Shown here: positions 53,790-62,276 of the stretch, in pieces | Numbering within the stretch: position 1 is the first letter of the stretch | How the letters are laid out: every line of letters starts with the position of its first letter | Source of the DNA: a bacterium | Lineage (GTDB): Bacteria; Myxococcota_A; Polyangia; Nannocystales; Nannocystaceae | Direction of reading: 5' to 3' | Length of the DNA stretch: 64,000 bases | NCBI GenBank assembly: GCA_024742475.1 | Contig: JANSYI010000017.1 | Location: 74,529 to 138,528 of the forward strand | Notes under the pieces: model-generated | Database searches by the model: none | What the model saw: only the letters and a program-made list of their open reading frames with translations | Told to the model about the DNA's origin: nothing | Made by a program: the position numbers and the translations under genes

Positions 53790-55754
53790 CTACGCAACTT
53801 CGCGGCGTTTGGTGGAGACGGCGGGGAGAGGAGCCGGGACGGGTGCCGCCGCCGGGTCGGGTCGGTAGCCGGCTGCGATCGCCAGGATGCGCCGGATGGT
53901 CTCTTCGTCGTGCGATCTTGCGGCGCTGTCCAGTCGTCCCAGCCATGTTCCCAGCGAGGCCGGGCTCACGGGCGCGAGCTTGGCGTGGAACACACCGTCG
54001 ACCTTGGAGGGCAGCGTCCCCTCTTCGTCCCGGAGTAGCTCTTCGTACAGCTTCTCGCCCGGGCGGAGCCCACAGACCGAGATCGGCACGTCCTCTTCGG
54101 TGAGCCCCGAGAGGTGAATCATCTGCTTGGCGAGATCCATGATTCGCACCGGCTCGCCCATGTCGAGCAGGAAGACCTCCCCACCGTCCTGCACGGCGTT
54201 GCTCTGAATCAGCAGCCGCACCGCCTCGGGGATGGTCATGAAGAAGCGCGTGACGTCGGGGTGGGTGACCGTGACGGGTCCACCGTTCTCGATCTGACGA
54301 CGGAAGGTGTGAATCACCGAGCCGCGCGAGCCCAGCACGTTGCCGAAGCGCACGCAGCAGAACCGCCCGCGGCTGCGCGAGGCGTGGGCCTGCACGACCA
54401 TCTCGGCCATCCGCTTGCTCGCCCCCATGACGTTCGCCGGGTTGACCGCCTTGTCGGTGGACACGAACAAGAAGCGCTCGACCCCGACCGACTCGGCCGC
54501 CTCGACGACCGTCTTCGTTCCGAAGACGTTGTTGAGGATCGCGTCATCGGGGTGGAGCTCCATCATCGGCACGTGCTTGAAGGCAGCCGCGTGAAAGACG
54601 ACCTGGGGCCGGTGGTGGGCGAACTCCCGCTGCATGCGCTCGACGTCTCGAACGTCGGCCAAGCAGGGCACCGCGCGCGCTCCGATCCGCTTGCGGACCT
54701 CGCCCTCGATGTCGAAGAGGTTGTTCTCGTTTCCCTCGAGCAGGACGAGCCGCTCGGGCTCGAGGTCGGCGATCTGCCGACACAGCTCGGATCCGATCGA
54801 GCCTCCAGCCCCGGTCACGAGCACGCGCTTTCCTTTGATCGTCGCGACGATCTCGCTCCATCGAGATGCGTCCGTCTCCACCACGTTGCGGCCGAGCAGG
54901 TCCTCGACCTTGACCGGACGGATCTTGGTCAGCTCGACCTTGCCCGCGAGCAGGTCGTGATAGTCGGGGATGGTGCGCACGTCGAGCCCGGCGTCGCTGA
55001 GCCGGGCGACGATGGAGCGCCGCTGGGCGGGCGTCGCCGAGGGGAGCGCGAGGATCAGGCACTCGACCCCGAGGCCAGCGGCGACGGTCTCGGCGTCGGC
55101 CGTGGTCCCGAAGACCTCCAGGCCCTCGATGCGGCGGCCCCTCAGGCTCGGGTCATCATCCAAGAACCCGATGGGTCGGTACCCCAGGTCGGGGCGACGA
55201 CCGAGCTCTCGCGCGGCGAGGGTTCCCGCTCGGCCGGCACCCACGAGCAGCACGGGGCGCGCCGGACACTCAGCGACGGCCTCGGCCTGGCTCCGCGCCT
55301 GCCGTTCGTCGAGCCAGCGCACGCTCGCCCGAGCCGCCAGCGCCGCGAACGTCGCCAAGAGCCCCTCGAGCACGAGCGTCGCGACGACCTCGGCGGCAGA
55401 GGTCATCACCGCCGCGACGGCGAAGACGACGGTCGGCCCAAGGAGGGCCGGCACGAGGACGAATGTGTCCCGCAACGATGTGTGCCGCCAGCTGTGGGCG
55501 TACGTCCCGCGCATCGCCAGGGTCGTCACACGCAGCGCCGCGACGCATAGTGCGAGCCCGACCGCGGGCGTACCGGTCGTGATCGCCATGGCGGTCGCCG
55601 CTGCCACGGTGAGCCCGACGACGTCGAGGGTCAGTTTTGCACCCAATCCCCAAGGGACCGTCGGAAGTCCGGGCCGGACGTCCGATGCGGAAGATCCTTT
55701 TGGTGCACTTGCAGGCTCAGTTTTGGTTCTCAATGAAGTGTCCACGGCCGTCAT
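53790..55754 (-). CDS. Membrane-anchored nucleotide-sugar 4,6-dehydratase/epimerase (CapD/WbpM/PglF type)
   Basis: N-terminal TM segments, two Rossmann motifs (GAGRAG and VTGAGGSIGSEL), and the conserved FLFVSTDKAVNP...GASKR motif. Confidence 0.85.
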   Translation of the reverse strand: MTAVDTSLRTKTEPASAPKGSSASDVRPGLPTVPWGLGAKLTLDVVGLTVAAATAMAITTGTPAVGLALCVAALRVTTLAMRGTYAHSWRHTSLRDTFVLVPALLGPTVVFAVAAVMTSAAEVVATLVLEGLLATFAALAARASVRWLDERQARSQAEAVAECPARPVLLVGAGRAGTLAARELGRRPDLGYRPIGFLDDDPSLRGRRIEGLEVFGTTADAETVAAGLGVECLILALPSATPAQRRSIVARLSDAGLDVRTIPDYHDLLAGKVELTKIRPVKVEDLLGRNVVETDASRWSEIVATIKGKRVLVTGAGGSIGSELCRQIADLEPERLVLLEGNENNLFDIEGEVRKRIGARAVPCLADVRDVERMQREFAHHRPQVVFHAAAFKHVPMMELHPDDAILNNVFGTKTVVEAAESVGVERFLFVSTDKAVNPANVMGASKRMAEMVVQAHASRSRGRFCCVRFGNVLGSRGSVIHTFRRQIENGGPVTVTHPDVTRFFMTIPEAVRLLIQSNAVQDGGEVFLLDMGEPVRIMDLAKQMIHLSGLTEEDVPISVCGLRPGEKLYEELLRDEEGTLPSKVDGVFHAKLAPVSPASLGTWLGRLDSAARSHDEETIRRILAIAAGYRPDPAAAPVPAPLPAVSTKRREVA

Positions 55755-56961
55755 GAAGAAGTCCTTCTCAACTCGTCACCAAGGCCTCCTCCTCGTAGGG
55801 CGGACGCCAAATCGCGGCAACCGAACAAGCCGCTCCAAGAGCCGATTCTCCGGCCGGATCCGGGACCTGGTCCGCATTGGAACCGCTGCGGCGATCGCCT
55901 TGCTCGGCCAACCGATCCTTGCGGGCTGTGCGACCGGCACATTTCGGTACGAACGCCTGAGCGAGCGCGCCGACGGTGTCGACCTCCGCGGACTCGACGA
56001 TCTCGTCGCCGACAGCTCGGTCGAGGTCGACCGAGGCAGCGTCCGCTACGACTTCACCGTCGAGCGTGACGAATACCGCCTGGGTGCCAATGACGTGCTC
56101 GACGTCTTCGTCATGCAGCACCCCGAGATGAGTTCACAGCGGGTGGGTATGGGCGAGATCGCGGGCACGACCATTCGCAAGGACGGCCACGTGTACTTGC
56201 CGGTGGTCGGGCGGGTGAAGGCCGCAGGGCTGACCGTGACGGAGTTCGAGGTCGCCCTGAAGTCTGCGGCGGCCAAGTACGTGGTCGACCCCGAGGTGCA
56301 CGTGGAGATCCTCGAGCACGAGTCGCAGAAGTTCCACGTCCTGGGCCACGTCAAGGCGCCCGGGTCGTTTCCCGTCGATGGCGACACGACGCTCATCGAA
56401 GCGCTGACGCTCGCGGGGGGACTGGGCGAGTCGGGGAGCCTGGAAGGGGCCACCGTGGTCCGAAACGGGCAACTCCTGCCGATCGACCTGGCGGCGCTGG
56501 TCAAGGGCGGAGACGTCTCGCGCAACGTCTACATGCGCAAGGGAGACCTGGTGTACGTGCCCAACGCGTCCACGCTGAAGGTGTTCGTGCTCGGCGAGGT
56601 CAAGACGCCGACGCCGGTCCCTCTCACCGACGGCCGACTCTCCTTGGCCGAGGCGCTCGCGACCGCCGGCGGCCCCACGCCGGCCCGAGCGCGGCGCGAG
56701 CTGGCCGTCATTCGCGGCGGCTTCGCGGAGCCGGTCGTCTATCGAATCAACCTCGAGGACGCGCTGCTCATCGACCACCAGATCCAGCTGCGCCCCGGCG
56801 ACCGCGTGGTCATCGCGCCCACGGGCCTGTCGACCGCGAGCCGATACATGCAGCAGGTCCTGCCCTTCCTCGCTGGCGCCCAGGCGCTGGGGCTCGCGGT
56901 GCAAGGTGGTACCAACGCCGCCACGCAGGCCGCCGCCCTCGCGCCCGAAGCGGCCCAGTAG
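55753..56961 (+). CDS. Polysaccharide export protein (Wza/Poly_export + SLBB type) lipoprotein
   Basis: YRLGANDVLDVFV (Poly_export motif), repeated SLBB-like segments and the lipobox ILAGC. The only in-frame ATG is 55753. The long upstream ORF (from 54970) is a shadow of the dehydratase gene. Confidence 0.75.
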   Translation: MKKSFSTRHQGLLLVGRTPNRGNRTSRSKSRFSGRIRDLVRIGTAAAIALLGQPILAGCATGTFRYERLSERADGVDLRGLDDLVADSSVEVDRGSVRYDFTVERDEYRLGANDVLDVFVMQHPEMSSQRVGMGEIAGTTIRKDGHVYLPVVGRVKAAGLTVTEFEVALKSAAAKYVVDPEVHVEILEHESQKFHVLGHVKAPGSFPVDGDTTLIEALTLAGGLGESGSLEGATVVRNGQLLPIDLAALVKGGDVSRNVYMRKGDLVYVPNASTLKVFVLGEVKTPTPVPLTDGRLSLAEALATAGGPTPARARRELAVIRGGFAEPVVYRINLEDALLIDHQIQLRPGDRVVIAPTGLSTASRYMQQVLPFLAGAQALGLAVQGGTNAATQAAALAPEAAQ

Positions 56962-57011
56962 CGGACGGGACCCGGGGTGGATCCGCGGCCGGGCGACGCT
57001 ACGGAGGTTGC

Positions 57012-57716
57012 ATGTTCGGTCTGTTCCGAAAGAAGCAGCGCCGGCCCCAGGACGGGACCGTGACGCTGCGCCCGCGCGACTGCCACACCCACGTCATCCC
57101 GGAGGTCGACGACGGCAGCCGCTCGATGGACGAGTCGCTCGCCATGCTCCGCATGCTCGGCGCTCAGGGTGCCAAGCGAGTGATCGCGACGCCGCACATG
57201 TATCCGGGAAAGTTCGACAACGAGCCCGATGGACTGCGCCGAGCGTTCGACGGCCTCGTACGCGCCGCCGAGCGCTCCGGCGACATCACGGTCGAGCTCG
57301 AGCTGGGCGCAGAGCATTGGCTCGACGCCTCGCTGTTGCAGCGCGTCAAGGATGACGCGGTGCTGGCGTTCGGGCCCGAGCGGTACGTCCTGTTCGAGAC
57401 GACGACGGGATCCCAGACCCCCGAGGAGCTCATGGATGTCTGCTTTGCGCTGACCGACCGCGGATACACGCCGCTGGTCGCCCACGTCGAGCGCTACCGA
57501 TACCTTCGGGGCGAGGAGGGCTCCGATCTGCTCGAGGACCTGCGTGCCGCGGGGGCTCGGTTCCAGGTCAACCGGACGCCCCCCAAGCCGCGTGCCAACC
57601 CGCGCACGGCCTTCGTCGCCAAGCTTCAGGCGCGCGGCTGGGTCGACGAGGTCGGCAGCGACATGCACCGCCCGACCGCGTCGGGCCGCCCCGAACCTTC
57701 CAAGCGCGCCGCGTAG
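57012..57716 (+). CDS. PHP-family protein-tyrosine phosphatase (CpsB/CapC type)
   Basis: Metal-binding motifs DCHTHV, ATPH, AHVERY and GSDMH appear in CpsB order. Confidence 0.8.
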   Translation: MFGLFRKKQRRPQDGTVTLRPRDCHTHVIPEVDDGSRSMDESLAMLRMLGAQGAKRVIATPHMYPGKFDNEPDGLRRAFDGLVRAAERSGDITVELELGAEHWLDASLLQRVKDDAVLAFGPERYVLFETTTGSQTPEELMDVCFALTDRGYTPLVAHVERYRYLRGEEGSDLLEDLRAAGARFQVNRTPPKPRANPRTAFVAKLQARGWVDEVGSDMHRPTASGRPEPSKRAA

Positions 57717-57789
57717 GGGTCGCCCCGCGAACGCGGCGAGAGCGAGAGCGAGACGCTTCGGTGGCGTCTCGCTCTTCGTCGTCGTGCGC

Positions 57790-58674
57790 TCAGCGGAAGT
57801 GAACCCGCAGGCCCACCGTGACTTCGCCATACGCGGAGTCGACCGCGGCCGCCCGCGTCTCGAAGACTGGCGTGGTCGCCGAGCCGAAGTGTGTCGCCAG
57901 CCGCGCGCCGACGAACGGGCCGACGCCCGCGTCGCTCATCCACGCATACTGCCCTTCGAAGACACCGTGCGCGCTGAGGCGAGGTCGACCGCCAACGGCC
58001 CCCTCGTCGCGATGCACCATATAGAGCTGCGCCCCCGCCCACAGCGCGTGGGCCGGACGAGGTTCGAAGCTCAGCCGCAGGGCAGCCGAGGCCATGCGCT
58101 GCGTGTCCTCGAAGACCCAGGCGTAGCGACCCGAGGCGCGCCACGCGATCGCCCAGCGCGCCCCTAGAGGGTGCTCCATGCCGTAGCCGAGCTCGGCCAC
58201 CGTATCGCCCACCCCACCGGGATGAACGTCCACGTCCTCGACGTGCATCTCGACGACGCGGTGCGTCGACACGCCGACGAAGAGCCGGTCGTGCGCAGCC
58301 GTGTCGCCCCAGCGGGCCAGCGGCGAGGCCGAGAGCTCGAGCTGGTGGTGGTGCAGGCGAAGCCGAACGTCCGCGCTGCGTCCGGTGACGTCGTAGAGCG
58401 TCATGCCGTGTCGCCCTCCGAGCGCGAGCCCATCAACCAGCGAAAACGCCCACGTCGGCGTGACGTGGGCAGTCCAAACGCGGTTTTCATACCAACCGAG
58501 GCGACGTGGTAGGACGACGCCCCCTGCATCGAGGCCCAGCCAGAGCGTACGCCGCCCTGATGGGTCTCGATGCCGAACCGGTCCGAGGTCGGGGTGGACC
58601 GGCTCGCGAGCGCTCACCTCGGGGGCGAGCAGGCAAGCGCCCAGCAGGGTCGCAGTGGCGATCCCGCGGGCCAT
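57790..58674 (-). CDS. Putative outer-membrane beta-barrel protein
   Basis: Signal peptide MARGIATATLLGACLLAPEVSA. Alternating hydrophobic/aromatic beta-strand pattern (RWAIAWRASGRYAWVF, ALRLSF, GAQLYMV and others). C-terminus is GLRVHFR. Confidence 0.55.
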   Translation of the reverse strand: MARGIATATLLGACLLAPEVSAREPVHPDLGPVRHRDPSGRRTLWLGLDAGGVVLPRRLGWYENRVWTAHVTPTWAFSLVDGLALGGRHGMTLYDVTGRSADVRLRLHHHQLELSASPLARWGDTAAHDRLFVGVSTHRVVEMHVEDVDVHPGGVGDTVAELGYGMEHPLGARWAIAWRASGRYAWVFEDTQRMASAALRLSFEPRPAHALWAGAQLYMVHRDEGAVGGRPRLSAHGVFEGQYAWMSDAGVGPFVGARLATHFGSATTPVFETRAAAVDSAYGEVTVGLRVHFR

Positions 58675-58676
58675 GA

Positions 58677-59240
58677 TCAGCCCTCGAGCGAGAACTCGAG
58701 CGCTTGGTCTGCGACGGTTGCGACGCAGCAGTTCGAGTTGACCGAGTAGATGACGTCGTAGCTCTGGCCGGGCTGGATGCTCGCGCCAGTCGTCGTCTCG
58801 TTGTACCACTCGATGGTGAAGTCGGTGCGATCGTCGCTCAGCGTGACGCTCCACTCACCAGGAGCGCTGGGCGGCGATGCCACCAGCATTCCGTCGGTGG
58901 TGATCGAGAAGCTCACGCCCGAGCGCGGGCTGGAGACGGTGACGTCGAGCGCCTCCGCGACGTCGCCGAGGGCGAAGTCGTCCGTCGCGTCGAAGGAGCG
59001 GTGCGCGCCATCGTCGTAGTCGGACCCGGAGATCTCGGGCAGAGGCTCGCTCAGGGAGAACGACATCGCAGCGCGGTCGCCCAGGCTCTGGCCTTCGGCA
59101 ACGCCGTCGCCGTCGGGATCGAGCGTCATCTCCTGGTCGTCGGCGTCCACCTTGTCGGGGCCGGAGGTTGTCGTGTCGTCACCGCAAGCACCGAGGAGGA
59201 GCGCAGCGGAAAAGAAGCTCAGTAGGATGGGTCGTTTCAT
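58677..59240 (-). CDS. Acidic lipoprotein (187 aa), function unknown
   Basis: ATG 59240 with an aagga RBS. Lipobox ALLLGAC. Its stop lies 2 nt upstream of the start of the beta-barrel gene. Confidence 0.65.
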   Translation of the reverse strand: MKRPILLSFFSAALLLGACGDDTTTSGPDKVDADDQEMTLDPDGDGVAEGQSLGDRAAMSFSLSEPLPEISGSDYDDGAHRSFDATDDFALGDVAEALDVTVSSPRSGVSFSITTDGMLVASPPSAPGEWSVTLSDDRTDFTIEWYNETTTGASIQPGQSYDVIYSVNSNCCVATVADQALEFSLEG

Positions 59241-59401
59241 GGTTCGTCCTTGACCGGTGAAACGAACATGCGGCGGCCCAACCCGCGTGCCAGGTCCAAG
59301 GAGGTTCCCCCTGCCGCTCGACTCGTCCGGTTGTGGACCACCGGGGAGCACGCCGAACCGCAGGCCGGGCGCGCGGTCCCGTAGGCGCCCGATCGCCGGG
59401 A

Positions 59402-60562
59402 TCAGCCGGCCACGGAGTCCGCGATGGAGCGCAGCCACGAGATCCCGCGCTGCACCGACGCGGGGTCGAGCGCCTGCACCCACGTGATGTGGTCTTCCGC
59501 TGCAGCCCCCTCGAGCGCTCCCCGAAGCGGGCACCCCTGCGCGCCGGCCTCCGGCGGCTCGAGGGTGAGCGTCGGCATGGCCTCACCGCGCTCGGCGAGG
59601 AACGCCTCGAGTCGCTTGACCCGCTCGGCGATGCAGATCGTCAGCGTGTCGATGCCGGCCTGCACGACGAGCCGCAGGGATCCGGTGGCGCGGGCGAGTC
59701 GCACATGGCGGTACCAGGCACGCAGCGCGACGAGGTTGCCGATGTAGGCGACGTTGCGCTCGGCTCGCGGGTGCGCGCGGTCGAGGTGTCCTGGATCGCG
59801 CTGGGCGTCCAGCTCGCGAATCGGCTGCAGGCTCAAGCGCCCCTCCCCCACCGGCTTTCGCACGACCTGCCCCGCTCCTGTGATCCCCCCGAAGCCGACC
59901 GCGCCGGGGCCGACGAGCCCGGACGCCCCGCCGAGGAAGATCCGAGGCTCGCGCAGGAACACGCCGCGCGGCACGTCCCCGAGCAGAGACGGCGTGGCCT
60001 TGTCGCCTCGCTCCCCCCACGGCGTGAAGTTGAAGTGGATGAACCCGCTGCCGACCTCGGAATGATCGCGACGCGAAGTTCCGCCCGCCATCAAGCAGTC
60101 GCAGAAGTTGATGAGTGACCCCAGCGTCACGAAGCTGAGCAAGATGGTGTGCTTGAGCCCGACCGCGTGAGCCGTCGACGCCTGCTCTTCGAGGATCGTC
60201 CCGGGCCTAACGTGTGCGCCCGCGCCCAGACTCGCGCCGGGGAACAACACCGCGCCCTCGACGTAGCCCGACGCGACGGAGGCCCCCGCCCCAAAGACGG
60301 CGTCGCGAACGGTCGCCGGCCCCTCGGTCCCAACCTGCGCGCCCTCGCCCAAGAACGTGCGCGCGCCGTGCAGCCGGACTCCGGGGTGCAGTGTCGCACC
60401 CGGCCGTACCCGCTCGGCGACCACATCCTCGTCGATGAAGGTCTGACGGGGATCCACGATCCTCACCCCCTGGGCGGCGAATTCGTGCAATCGCTGCTCC
60501 AGCCGAGCCGTGGACACGGTCTCGATATACCACGTCCCCGCACGTCTCCGTTGCGCGCGCAC
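59402..60562 (-). CDS. Left-handed beta-helix (hexapeptide-repeat) protein with C-terminal helical domain
   Basis: Repeated [LIV]G-x4 hexapeptide-like turns (GATLHPGVRLHG..TFLGEGAQVG..VFGAGASVA..LFPGASLGAGAHV). The start is uncertain: GTG 60562 or GTG 60520. Confidence 0.55.
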   Translation of the reverse strand: MRAQRRRAGTWYIETVSTARLEQRLHEFAAQGVRIVDPRQTFIDEDVVAERVRPGATLHPGVRLHGARTFLGEGAQVGTEGPATVRDAVFGAGASVASGYVEGAVLFPGASLGAGAHVRPGTILEEQASTAHAVGLKHTILLSFVTLGSLINFCDCLMAGGTSRRDHSEVGSGFIHFNFTPWGERGDKATPSLLGDVPRGVFLREPRIFLGGASGLVGPGAVGFGGITGAGQVVRKPVGEGRLSLQPIRELDAQRDPGHLDRAHPRAERNVAYIGNLVALRAWYRHVRLARATGSLRLVVQAGIDTLTICIAERVKRLEAFLAERGEAMPTLTLEPPEAGAQGCPLRGALEGAAAEDHITWVQALDPASVQRGISWLRSIADSVAG

Positions 60563-60633
60563 CCCCCGGAGCTGGGTTTCGCCAGGGAGCCCCTGGTCCC
60601 CCGGGGGAGTCTGTTCTACGATGGCTGCTCAGG

Positions 60634-61527
60634 GTGAACGAGGAACAAACCGTCATCCGACGTCGGCAGCCCGTAGAGGGCTGGGCGTCCAGCGAGGTGA
60701 ACGCCTACTTGATCGTCCTGTCGGGTCGGTCCGTGGGCAAGATGTTCAAGGTGCCCGTCGGACGGGTGAACCTGGGACGGTCACTCGAAGCCGACGTCCG
60801 CCTCGAAGACGAGGGGGTCTCGCGCATCCACGCCAACATGGAGCGGCGCGACGACGGCACCGTGCTGCTCAACGACAACGGCAGCACCAACGGCACCTAC
60901 GTCAACGGAACGCGGGTCAGCCAGATGGAGCTCAGCGACGGCGATCGGATCCAGGTCGGCTCGGTCACGATCCTCAAGTTCTCCTACCAAGACTCTTTGG
61001 AGGAGCAGTTCCAGCAGCAGCTCTACGAGAGCGCGACCCGGGATCCTCTCACCCAGGCGTACAACAAGCGCTTCTTCACCGAGCAGATGGAGAAGGACTT
61101 CAGCCATGCGTCCCGGCACAACCTCGCGTTGTCGCTGGTGATCATGGACGTCGACCACTTCAAGAAGATCAACGACACGCACGGGCACCCCGCAGGCGAC
61201 CACGTTCTGCAGCGGCTCGCCGCGGCCGTGATGGGCTCGCTGCGGGCCGAAGATGCGTTCTGTCGCATGGGCGGCGAAGAGTTCTGCATCATCATGCGAG
61301 ACTGCGCCGGGCCCGAAGCCATGGTCCTCGCAGATCGACTCCGCGCGCTCATCGAAGCGACGCGCTTCGTCTACAGCGGCAAGGAGATCCCGGTGACCAT
61401 GTCGCTGGGCGTCTCCGCGTTCACGCCGGGTCGCCACACCTCGGGCGCCGACCTGGTCCAAGAGGCCGACCAGTACCTGTACTCGGCCAAGCGTGGCGGC
61501 CGGAACCGCGTCGCTGGGCCTGCGTAG
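60634..61527 (+). CDS. FHA domain - GGDEF diguanylate cyclase
   Basis: FHA domain (VNLGRSLEADVRLEDEGVSRIHANM...NDNGSTNGTYVNG). GGDEF domain with active-site GGEEF, DHFKKINDTHGH and a C-terminal RGGRNR. GTG start at 60634. Confidence 0.85.
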   Translation: MNEEQTVIRRRQPVEGWASSEVNAYLIVLSGRSVGKMFKVPVGRVNLGRSLEADVRLEDEGVSRIHANMERRDDGTVLLNDNGSTNGTYVNGTRVSQMELSDGDRIQVGSVTILKFSYQDSLEEQFQQQLYESATRDPLTQAYNKRFFTEQMEKDFSHASRHNLALSLVIMDVDHFKKINDTHGHPAGDHVLQRLAAAVMGSLRAEDAFCRMGGEEFCIIMRDCAGPEAMVLADRLRALIEATRFVYSGKEIPVTMSLGVSAFTPGRHTSGADLVQEADQYLYSAKRGGRNRVAGPA

Positions 61528-61582
61528 CCTGCCAGGGCTGGTCGGGCCGGTCGCGCGCCAACCTGCGGTAGTCTCCGGTGCG

Positions 61583-62206
61583 ATGGCAAACCTCACCGAT
61601 GAGGAGCTGCGTGCTGCCGCCGCCGAGGCGGGGATCTCTCCGCAGGAGCTCCGGGTCGCGCTCGCCGAACGCAACGGCGACCTGCCCGCCACGGTGGACT
61701 CGGGCAGCGCAGTGGGTGCGCTGACGCGAGGCACGTCGGCGGCGCATGTGGAGTCGCGCATTCCGGCCCCGCCCCCCGAGGCGCTCGCCGCCGTCCGGGC
61801 CTCGCTCGAGCGTCAGACGGGTCGAACGGGACACGGCCAAGGCGAGGGCGAGGCGGACCTCGTCGATGACGACGCCGGCCTGACGTACAAGATTCGAAGC
61901 ACGGCCGACGGCGCCGGAGGTGCGCTCGTCCGCGTCGATGTCGACACCTCGGCCGGCAAGGGCGTGCAGAGCCTGGCGGCCACGGGCGTTGGCGGCGTCA
62001 GCCTGACCATGCTGGCCTTGGGCTGGCTGTTTGGCGCGACCACGCTCGTGTTCGGGGGACTCGGGCTCGGGGCGCTGGGCACCGTGCTCATCCTGCGCAA
62101 CTTCGCCAAGCTCGGACGCTCCGCTGCCCACGCCCAGGCCGTCGCCTCCCAGGCGCTCATGGAGGCCGAGGATACGGCCCAGCGCGCCCTCCCCTCGTCC
62201 TCCTAG
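61583..62206 (+). CDS. Membrane protein, function unknown
   Basis: ATG 61583. A soluble N-terminal region is followed by two Gly-rich hydrophobic segments (GVGGVSLTMLALGWLFGATTLVFGGLGLGALGTVLIL). Confidence 0.5.
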   Translation: MANLTDEELRAAAAEAGISPQELRVALAERNGDLPATVDSGSAVGALTRGTSAAHVESRIPAPPPEALAAVRASLERQTGRTGHGQGEGEADLVDDDAGLTYKIRSTADGAGGALVRVDVDTSAGKGVQSLAATGVGGVSLTMLALGWLFGATTLVFGGLGLGALGTVLILRNFAKLGRSAAHAQAVASQALMEAEDTAQRALPSSS

Positions 62207-62276
62207 AGGGCAGACTCGAGAACGCCCGCCTGCTCCTCGAGCAGACGGGCGCCACGGTTCGCGAACCGCGAGGCGG

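Noticed and set aside
54970-55752. Upstream 261-aa extension of the Wza-type ORF
   Set aside because: It lies out of frame and antisense over the dehydratase gene with Ala/Ser/Arg/Thr-rich composition. The export-protein homology and lipobox begin after 55753.
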